A stretch of DNA of 64,000 bases, taken from NCBI GenBank assembly GCA_025350815.1, contig JANXXE010000210.1:8455-72454 (forward strand). The letters are read 5' to 3'. Under the pieces are notes generated by a model. The model saw nothing but the letters and a program-made list of their open reading frames with translations. It ran no database searches and was not told the origin of the DNA. Origin of the DNA: Myxococcales bacterium (GTDB lineage Bacteria > Myxococcota_A > Polyangia > Fen-1088). This document shows, piece by piece, positions 56,916 to 64,000 of the stretch (positions are counted from its first letter, which is position 1; the number at the start of each line of letters is the position of its first letter). Position numbers and translations under genes: made by a program.

Positions 56916-59345
56916 TTACGGCTGCCGTTCCAGCAGCAATTTGTCGGCGTCTTCCGACTGGCCAAGGGCGGCGGCCGTGTCGGTGGGTCCGGTCCCGTCG
57001 AGAAACACTTCTTCGATGCCTTCGGTGCCAGGCGCCGGCAACATCCCCGTCTGGGCGTCGATGCGCATCACCGTCACACCGGGTGGCTGCGCGAAATCGC
57101 GTGTCGGACGACCGGCCAGGGCTTTGGCCATGAATTCAATCCATATGGGCAGCGCGGTTTTCGCCCCCGCTTCGCCCTTGCCCAGACGACGACCGTCGTC
57201 GAAGCCCACCCACACGGCGGCCAGCAAATCGGGCGTGAAGCCCACGAACCAAGCGTCCTTCGAGCCGTTCGACGTGCCGGTCTTGCCGGCCAAGGGACGA
57301 CGGATTCTCAACCCCGCGGCGCGGGCGGTGCCCTCGTCGACGACGCTGCGAAGCAGTGACACCACGACGAAGGCGATGTCCGGACGGATGGCCGGTGGCT
57401 TCGCTGCTACGGGCGCAGCAGGTATCGGGTCCTCGGGGCGCAGAAAATAGGCGTCGGCCCGCTGGCCGTTGGCGACGAAGGTGCTGTAGGCATTCGCCAA
57501 TTCAAGCGGTGTTACCGACCCCGACCCCAGCGCCATCGACAGACCCAGGCTGTCGGGCATCGGCGACGTGATGCCGGCACGCGTGGCCATGTCGCGCACC
57601 GCTGGCAGGCCGAGATCGGCCACCAACTTGATGGCGACGGTGTTGATCGAATTCGCCAGGGCGACGCGCAGCCGCACCGGTCCGCGGAAGGTCTCTTTTT
57701 CGTAGTTGGAGGGCTTCCACAGGTCGTAAACTTCAGGGGCGTCGTTGATCCGGGTCGCTGCCGTGTAGCGCTGCGAATCGATGGCCGCCGCGTACACAAA
57801 AGGTTTAAAGGCCGACCCTGGCTGCCGCCCCGCACGCTGCGAGCGATCATAGCCACCCGGCCGGTAACCGTACCCGCCCACCAGCGCCAGAATCTCTCGT
57901 GTCTGCGGATCCATCACCACCATCGCGGCCTGCGGGCCAAGCTCGAGGGCCAGGGGCGGTTCCAGGACCGCGGGCTTGGCCCCGACGCGCCGACGCTCGG
58001 GCGCAGCCCGGACCCGCAGCAGATCACCCGGCCGCAAGCGCTCGGCCAGGCCCTTGGGTCCCAGCGTGTAGCGCGCCTCAGAAGCAAGATCGACGACGCC
58101 CACCTGCCCGCCGGTGTCGACAAAGATTCGGCCGTGCCGGCTATCCTGGGGATCCTTGTCGACTCGCTCGACGATGCCCTCGACAATGACGCCATCCTTC
58201 AGCTCGCCCTTGTGGGCGGCCAGCAAGTCGGCGCGAACCTTGGCCAGATCCTTGCCGGCGACGTGTCCGGTCGGTGCGCGAAACCCTTGGCGCAGATCCA
58301 GGTCCTCGAGACCCCGTTCCAGGGATTGACGGGCAAGTTCTTGCAAGCGCACGTCCACCGTGGTTTTTGCAGTGCCGCCCAATGTCGCGACGCCGTCCCC
58401 CCCGTGAATGTCGCGCAGCGAACGGCCGACAGCGTCGACAATCTCGGGCGCCAGGTTGACCCGCGACGGGGGCTCTGGCGCCAGCGTGATGGGCTCGGCC
58501 GCCAGCTTGTCGGCAGTGGCACGCGTGATGTAACCGCGCGCGGCCATTTGCCCCAGGGCGTAGCGCTGCCGGGTCTTGGCTGCCTCCGGATGCTTGCGCG
58601 GTGAAAGGCGCTCGGGCACCTGAACAATCCCGGCCAGCAGGGCCGCCTCGGCCACGTTGATGTCCGACACCGATTTGTTGAAGTAAAAACGCGCCGCCTC
58701 TTCACAGCCGTAGACCTGATGCCCGAAATAGCTTTGGTTCAGGTAGACCTCGAGAATCTCCTCCTTCGACAGCTGCCGCGAGATCTGACGGGACAGAATC
58801 AGTTCCTGAATCTTGCGACGCGCGGTCTTCTCGGGCGTGAACAGCATCTGCTTGACCACCTGCTGCGTGATGGTCGAGCCACCCTGGGCGTAGCGCCCGG
58901 CCAGCACGTTCTCGAAGATCATCCGTGCGATGCCGCGGTAGCTGAAGCCGTCGTGCGTGAAAAAGTCGCCGTCCTCCGAGGCCACCACGGCGTTGACCAG
59001 AACCTTGGGGATCCGCGAAAACGGAACGACCGTGCGCTTTTCACCACCCAGCTCGCCAATGACCTTGCCGTTCCGGTCGTACACGCGCGTGAGCTGCTTG
59101 GGGCGGTAGTCGCTGATCTTGTTGATCGAGGGCAGGTTTGGATCGCTGCCGTAGTACAGAAACAGCAGCGCCGCCACTGCGACCCCGAGGATGCCGACGA
59201 ACAGGACGAGACCCAGCAGCGAACGAACCACGCGGAACAGTCCCCATCGCCGGCCCCGGCCACTCCGCGTCTTGCCCTTGCGGCCCCGGCGCGCGACCGC
59301 CCGGCGGGGATCGCGATCGTCGACATCGGGGTCGGAAGAGGCCAT
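56916..59345 (-). CDS. mrcA: Class A penicillin-binding protein 1A (GT51 transglycosylase plus transpeptidase)
   Basis: GT51 motifs 'EDGDFFTHDGF', 'GGSTITQQVVKQ'; transpeptidase 'SAFKP', 'SIN', 'KTG'. Confidence 0.9.
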   Translation of the reverse strand: MASSDPDVDDRDPRRAVARRGRKGKTRSGRGRRWGLFRVVRSLLGLVLFVGILGVAVAALLFLYYGSDPNLPSINKISDYRPKQLTRVYDRNGKVIGELGGEKRTVVPFSRIPKVLVNAVVASEDGDFFTHDGFSYRGIARMIFENVLAGRYAQGGSTITQQVVKQMLFTPEKTARRKIQELILSRQISRQLSKEEILEVYLNQSYFGHQVYGCEEAARFYFNKSVSDINVAEAALLAGIVQVPERLSPRKHPEAAKTRQRYALGQMAARGYITRATADKLAAEPITLAPEPPSRVNLAPEIVDAVGRSLRDIHGGDGVATLGGTAKTTVDVRLQELARQSLERGLEDLDLRQGFRAPTGHVAGKDLAKVRADLLAAHKGELKDGVIVEGIVERVDKDPQDSRHGRIFVDTGGQVGVVDLASEARYTLGPKGLAERLRPGDLLRVRAAPERRRVGAKPAVLEPPLALELGPQAAMVVMDPQTREILALVGGYGYRPGGYDRSQRAGRQPGSAFKPFVYAAAIDSQRYTAATRINDAPEVYDLWKPSNYEKETFRGPVRLRVALANSINTVAIKLVADLGLPAVRDMATRAGITSPMPDSLGLSMALGSGSVTPLELANAYSTFVANGQRADAYFLRPEDPIPAAPVAAKPPAIRPDIAFVVVSLLRSVVDEGTARAAGLRIRRPLAGKTGTSNGSKDAWFVGFTPDLLAAVWVGFDDGRRLGKGEAGAKTALPIWIEFMAKALAGRPTRDFAQPPGVTVMRIDAQTGMLPAPGTEGIEEVFLDGTGPTDTAAALGQSEDADKLLLERQP

Positions 59346-59365
59346 CGGTTCAGTCTAGCGCCGCT

Positions 59366-61627
59366 TCAAGGGTTTTCGACGTCGGTCGGGGGCTCGGGCT
59401 CGGGGCGCAGGGTGATCTGCTTGATCCAATCGAGGCAGGGCTTCTCGCCGCCGGCGCGCGCATCAAGATTGAAGACCAGGGGACTGGCTGACGCCGCCGC
59501 ATACTCCTCGGGTGTCAGCCGCCCTCGCTCGTAGACCTTCGCCAAGATTCGGCGCACGTACTTGTCCCACGGCGGATACAGGGCGCCGTGGCAGTACTGG
59601 ATGTAGCGGCGCTTTGGGCTGGGCAGCATCGACGAGAAGAACGCGGCTTCGAGCGGCGTCAGCTCGGACGCCGTCTTGCCGAAATAGTGTCGCGCGGCCG
59701 CCCCGATGCCGTAGATGCGGGGCCCGAACTCGATGGCGTTGAAGTAAAGTTCGAGAATCCGTTCTTTGGGCAATTGCTTTTCGATGTACCAAACCAAGAA
59801 CAGCTCTTGCAGCTTGCGTGACAGTGTCTTTTCGCGGCTGAGAACGACGTTCTTTACCATCTGCATGGTGATGGACGACGCCCCAAGGCGAAAGCCACCG
59901 CCCGCCAGGTTGCGGCGCAACGCCGACTTGAATTCCGAGCTGACCCAGCCCCGGTGCTTGAAGAAGCCGGAATCCTCCGTGGTCATGATGGCGTTGATCA
60001 GATGCTGCGAGATCCTTTCGTAGGGCACGAAATCCGGCCCCTCGGGGCCAAGCGCAAACGCCATCATCTCGGTGGCGCCCGGCTCGCTGGGCGGGGCGGC
60101 CGGGATCTCGACGATCTGAACGATCGCGGCGGGGCCTGCCAGCGCATTCACCTCGTCGGGTGCGCCGAGAACGCGGCAGCCGTCAATGCCGACCTTGCCC
60201 GTCAACTCAAGCGCGTCGAGATTCGCATAATCAATCTTGGTCTTGATGTCCGCCTCGAAGAAGCCGTCTAGCACGAAGCCGGAAAGGTGCGGCACGACCG
60301 GCGCCGGGATGCTGGACAGTAGCTTCGCGCACGGCAGGCGCGGCACGCGCAACGTCAGATCGATCCGGGGAAGCATGGCAAGGTCCGGACCTTCTTTGGG
60401 GTGAAACGTTCCCGGGGCCAGCTCGATCGAGCCGGACAAATTCGCCGTCAGGTGGCGCAGCTGGGCGGTCATCTTCGTGATATCGAGGCGCCTTCTGCCC
60501 GGCTCGACAGTGCCCTCGGCGCGCAGGCCAAAGCTCAGCGACTCAAGCGGCTCGGACGCCAGGGCATCGTGCCGCAGGCTCAGGCCGGCGACCTCGAGGT
60601 TTCCGTTGAACCCGGCACCCCCGGCACCCAGGTTCAGTTCCAGCGCTGCATTGACGGACGCCTCCTGCGGCCGCAGCACGTAGGCCGGCAATACGTCGGC
60701 CACTTTGTCGAGCGTAAATTTCTCGGCCCGCAAGGACAGTGCGCCTTCAAGGGGGCTTTGGCCCACGCGGGGCCGCACGGTTCCCGTTGCTGTCCACAGT
60801 GCCCTTTTGGCGCCGGCATAACTTCCCGACAGGTCGATGCTGACACGCCGGTCGGAACCGGTGGGCGCAACCGTGCCGTTGATGCCGGTCAGTGGCAGCG
60901 TCGGCAAAACCTGAAGGTAGCCTTCCTCGACGCGCACGCGTGGGTAGGTCGCTGGCCGCAGGCCCAGCAGCGCCACATCCACGTCCACCGCCCCGGCGCC
61001 AAAAGCCGGATCTTTGTCGTTTCCGCGCAGACGCAAAGTCCCTGAGACCTGCCGAAGGCGCGCCGATATCTGGCTGCCAGGGGCGACTGTCGCGTCCACG
61101 ACACCGACCAGCACCGAAAGACCGCTGACCACGTCTCGCAGGGTCAGCGTTCCAGCTGCGACAACAATCTCGGGCAATTTGCGGGCGGTACTGCGGACCG
61201 TTGCCTGCCCACCTTCGGCGTCGCCACGGCCGGCCAGGCGCGACAGGATCGCCGAGGCGTTGTCCCCGGCGCCGCCACGCTCGATGTGCAGCCGCGGCGC
61301 TTGCAGCGACACCTGACCTTGTCCCCACACCGCCCCAAAGGGGATCTCGATCGACGCCGCGGACAGCAGGGGATCACGCGCGCCTTCGCCATCGACGACG
61401 ACCTCGTCGAGGCGCAACTTCCGCCAATCGGCCCACCCGTGCCCAACGCTGACAGGCACGCCCAGCCGCCGCGACAGCACCGAGGCGACGACACGGGCCC
61501 CCAAAAAACCGCCCCACAGGGGCCAGGCGGCCACCAGCACCGCCAGCACACCCAGAAACACGAACGCGCGCGGGCGGCGACCAACCACGCCCCACAGCGA
61601 CGAAAGAATCCGCGAACCGACGGCCAT
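59366..61627 (-). CDS. Large N-terminal AsmA-like/beta-rich domain fused to a C-terminal monofunctional GT51 peptidoglycan glycosyltransferase domain
   Basis: C-terminal 'EDSGFFKHRGW', 'GASSITMQMVKN', 'RKLQELFLVWYIE' GT51 motifs. N-terminal about 590 aa with TM anchor and repetitive beta-strand segments. Start at internal Met 61627. Confidence 0.65.
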   Translation of the reverse strand: MAVGSRILSSLWGVVGRRPRAFVFLGVLAVLVAAWPLWGGFLGARVVASVLSRRLGVPVSVGHGWADWRKLRLDEVVVDGEGARDPLLSAASIEIPFGAVWGQGQVSLQAPRLHIERGGAGDNASAILSRLAGRGDAEGGQATVRSTARKLPEIVVAAGTLTLRDVVSGLSVLVGVVDATVAPGSQISARLRQVSGTLRLRGNDKDPAFGAGAVDVDVALLGLRPATYPRVRVEEGYLQVLPTLPLTGINGTVAPTGSDRRVSIDLSGSYAGAKRALWTATGTVRPRVGQSPLEGALSLRAEKFTLDKVADVLPAYVLRPQEASVNAALELNLGAGGAGFNGNLEVAGLSLRHDALASEPLESLSFGLRAEGTVEPGRRRLDITKMTAQLRHLTANLSGSIELAPGTFHPKEGPDLAMLPRIDLTLRVPRLPCAKLLSSIPAPVVPHLSGFVLDGFFEADIKTKIDYANLDALELTGKVGIDGCRVLGAPDEVNALAGPAAIVQIVEIPAAPPSEPGATEMMAFALGPEGPDFVPYERISQHLINAIMTTEDSGFFKHRGWVSSEFKSALRRNLAGGGFRLGASSITMQMVKNVVLSREKTLSRKLQELFLVWYIEKQLPKERILELYFNAIEFGPRIYGIGAAARHYFGKTASELTPLEAAFFSSMLPSPKRRYIQYCHGALYPPWDKYVRRILAKVYERGRLTPEEYAAASASPLVFNLDARAGGEKPCLDWIKQITLRPEPEPPTDVENP

Positions 61628-61761
61628 GTCTCGGCCGGGAAGTCTACCCGGGAACCCCAATTCCCGCGTGGCTCTCAACCAAAGATCTTGCCCCCGACAT
61701 GGCCCACAGCCCCCCCGCGCGCCCACTACCGGGGACGCACGGGGGTCGGCAAAGCCGTCGA

Positions 61762-62459
61762 CTACTTCACTTCGATGGCCTGGACGGTGCTGTTGCCCGC
61801 AAGGTCGCGCACGTTCAGCAACAGGCTGCCGGGGGTGCGGGGGCTTGCCGGAATCAGGGCGCGGCCCTTGTCGTCGGTGTAGCGGTTGTCGAGGACCTCG
61901 TCCGCACGACCACCCGACTTGAACAGGGACACCAGAACACCCGGCGCGGGCTGGCCTTGCTCGTCGGCAATCGCGACCTCCAGCTCGCAATTTCCGGTGC
62001 ACGTGCTCAGCACCGCAGGCGCAACACCTCCTCGTCCAGATCCACGCCGTCGGTGCTGGCGTACATGTCGTCGGTCGGCGTGCTGTGCGGACCGATGCAC
62101 AATGGGATCTGATCGACGTCCCCCACCAGCAGGGCGAACTTGTCGCGCGTCGCCGGCTTCGAGTTGTACCAGTCGCGAATGGCCGTCCGGATGCCGTCGC
62201 AGGTGTTGCCCGTCTGCGCCGTCGTCAGCTCAACGACCTGGAACCCGCGGGCCTTCTTCTGGTTGATGAGGGGAAGAAGGTCGTCCTGGTAGCCCGGGGG
62301 ATAGATAAAAAGAAAATCGTTCTTGTAGAAGATGAGGTCGGGACGCAGGTAACGCTCGACGACGGCCCAGTTGGCAAAGCGGTTCTGGGCGGACAGGGCG
62401 CGTTCCTTGGTGATGCTGCCGTCGTCCGTCGGCATCGCGCCACCGGGTACCCAAACCAA
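61762..62459 (-). pseudogene. Possible frameshift-disrupted gene: two overlapping ORFs in different frames; second part ends in a CarboxypepD_reg-like beta-sandwich
   Basis: ORF 62459-62007 and ORF 62100-61762 overlap by about 90 nt in different frames. 'TCTGNCELEVAIADEQGQPAPGVLVSLF' resembles a carboxypeptidase regulatory-like domain. Confidence 0.3.
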
Positions 62460-62521
62460 GGGGCTTGATCCGGAGGCGGCCGCATGTTTGGCTGGCTCCC
62501 TTTTCGCAAGGGAGTTTCACC

Positions 62522-63547
62522 GTGAATACGAATCGTCATGTTGTCGGCATCGTTGGCGCCACGGGCGCCGTCGGACAGGAGCTCGTTCGCCTGCTGCACG
62601 AGCGCAACTTCCCCGCGCGCGAGCTGCGCCTGTTCGCCTCGGCCCGTTCAGCGGGCAAGGTCGTCGAACACGATGGCCGCAAGTACACCATCGCCGAGGC
62701 CAAGCCCGGTGCGTTCGCCGGCGTTGACCTGGCGTTCTTCGCGGCCGGCGGCCAGGTCACCCGCGCCCTCGCCGCCGACGCGGTCAAATCCGGCTGCCTC
62801 GTCATCGACAAAAGCGCGGCCCTGCGCATGGACCCCAAAGTGCCGTTGGTCATCCCGGAGATAAACCCCGAACAGCTGCGCGCGCATGAAGGCATCATCG
62901 CCAACCCGAACTGTTCGACGGCCGTGATGCTGATGGGCCTGTGGCCCCTGCACCAGAAGTTCGGCGCGCGCCGGATCATTGTGTCCACGTATCAGTCGGT
63001 TTCGGGAACTGGCGCCGAGGCGATCCGCGAGCTGGAGGGTCAGATCCAGGCGCACGTTCATGGCCGCCCCGCGACCAAGAAGGTCTACGCGTACCCGATC
63101 GCCTTCAACTGCATTCCGCAGGTCGACAGCTTCGACGCCAGCGGCTACACCGGCGAGGAAACCAAGATGGCGCAGGAAAGCCGCAAGATCATGGGCCTGC
63201 CCGGCCTCAAGGTCTCGGCCACCTGCGTGCGCGTGCCGGTCGTGCGCGCGCATTCGATTTCTGTCAGCGCCGAGTTCGAACGGCCCGTCAATCTGGCCGA
63301 GGCGCGCACCGCCGTCGCCGAGTTTCCGGGCGCCGTTCTCGTCGACGATCCGGCCAAGCAGGTCTATCCGACGCCGCTCGATTTCGCCGAGAAAGTCCGG
63401 TGCGGTGTCGGCCGCCTGCGCATCGACAGCGCCTTTGAAAACGGCCTGTCGTTCTGGGTCAGCGGCGACAACCTGTGGAAAGGCGCCGCCCTCAACGCCA
63501 TCCAGAATGCGGAGCTGCTGATCCGCGACGGACTGCTGAAGCGATAA
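62522..63547 (+). CDS. asd: Aspartate-semialdehyde dehydrogenase
   Basis: 'VGIVGATGAVGQE', active-site 'NPNCST'. GTG start with AAGGGAG SD. Confidence 0.9.
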   Translation: MNTNRHVVGIVGATGAVGQELVRLLHERNFPARELRLFASARSAGKVVEHDGRKYTIAEAKPGAFAGVDLAFFAAGGQVTRALAADAVKSGCLVIDKSAALRMDPKVPLVIPEINPEQLRAHEGIIANPNCSTAVMLMGLWPLHQKFGARRIIVSTYQSVSGTGAEAIRELEGQIQAHVHGRPATKKVYAYPIAFNCIPQVDSFDASGYTGEETKMAQESRKIMGLPGLKVSATCVRVPVVRAHSISVSAEFERPVNLAEARTAVAEFPGAVLVDDPAKQVYPTPLDFAEKVRCGVGRLRIDSAFENGLSFWVSGDNLWKGAALNAIQNAELLIRDGLLKR

Positions 63548-63586
63548 CGGCAGCCCCCCGATGCGCAAGAAGTTTGCTGCTGACCG

Positions 63587-64000
63587 CTACTCGACCAGGC
63601 GGGTCTGACAGCCGAGCGCGATGTCGACCCGGCCCTTCGAATCGGCGCGCAACTGACCGCAGGTCACGTCACACGCGACGATGGTGCCAGGCATGGCGCC
63701 ACCATTCGGATTCACGTCGTAGTACCAGCCGCCCTTGGTCGGGTGGCACGAGGCCTTGTCGGGCACGTAGCCGACGGTGGTCACCTGGCCGCTGCCGCTG
63801 GTGAACTGCACGTTGACCTTGCCGAAATCGATCTTGCCCATGGTCGCCGGCGGGATCTTGTACTCGCAGGCCAGGGCCGCCGTGCGGATGTCGGTCAGCG
63901 CCGCCTGGAACATCTTGGTCACGTCTTGATTGGTGTTGATGACGAAGGCCCGCGATGTACCACCGGCAACCGCCCAGGCATTCAGCGTCTGGGTCGCGGC
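63587..64000 (-). CDS. 3' part of a Cys-containing hypothetical protein, probably continuing beyond the window end
   Basis: ORF with stop at 63587. Frame open toward 64000. Confidence 0.3.
   Translation of the reverse strand, partial: AATQTLNAWAVAGGTSRAFVINTNQDVTKMFQAALTDIRTAALACEYKIPPATMGKIDFGKVNVQFTSGSGQVTTVGYVPDKASCHPTKGGWYYDVNPNGGAMPGTIVACDVTCGQLRADSKGRVDIALGCQTRLVE

Overview
This is a high-GC (roughly 68-70% by eye) bacterial chromosomal segment. Its gene content suggests a Myxococcota-type organism: myxobacterial-style Cys-rich-repeat lipoproteins, a partial type III secretion locus, and a futalosine-route menaquinone cluster. Most of the window is core metabolism and housekeeping in tight operons. 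The recognisable core genes are holB, a PSP1/RicT-like gene, metG, icd, mdh, sucCD, ndk, rlmN, asd, class-A PBP1A, queF, a MacAB-like efflux module, an ExbB/ExbD cluster, and two tRNAs. Several accessory or atypical patches interrupt this core. The first is a visibly lower-GC island at about 3.7-8.7 kb carrying secreted hypothetical proteins, a VOC/glyoxalase-family protein, and an AbiEii/AbiEi-like type IV toxin-antitoxin pair in non-canonical order (toxin gene first). The second is a periplasmic redox cluster at about 8.7-12.6 kb: a di-heme cytochrome c peroxidase with an upstream partner lipoprotein, resembling an MbnP/MbnH 'metallo-mystery pair', next to a divergent di-heme cytochrome. The third is a roughly 1.5 kb lower-GC cassette at 12.9-14.3 kb, holding an outer-membrane beta-barrel gene and a secreted protein gene, flanked by about 150-190 bp imperfect direct repeats. 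The fourth is a DsrE/F/H-like trio split by a Wzx-like flippase gene. The fifth is a futalosine (mqn) cluster at 37.0-45.3 kb in which MqnA and a radical-SAM MqnC/E-type enzyme share one continuous reading frame, and which also holds a shorter paralog of the radical-SAM enzyme lacking the CxxxCxxC cluster motif. Other structural oddities include a 24-bp perfect inverted repeat bracketing a 117-bp spacer between the two T3SS genes, an AsmA-like plus GT51 fusion next to PBP1A, a likely frameshifted gene remnant, and tandem in-frame repeats. No CRISPR array, integrase or transposase was seen. All functional calls rest on remembered family motifs read from the translations; no database search was run.
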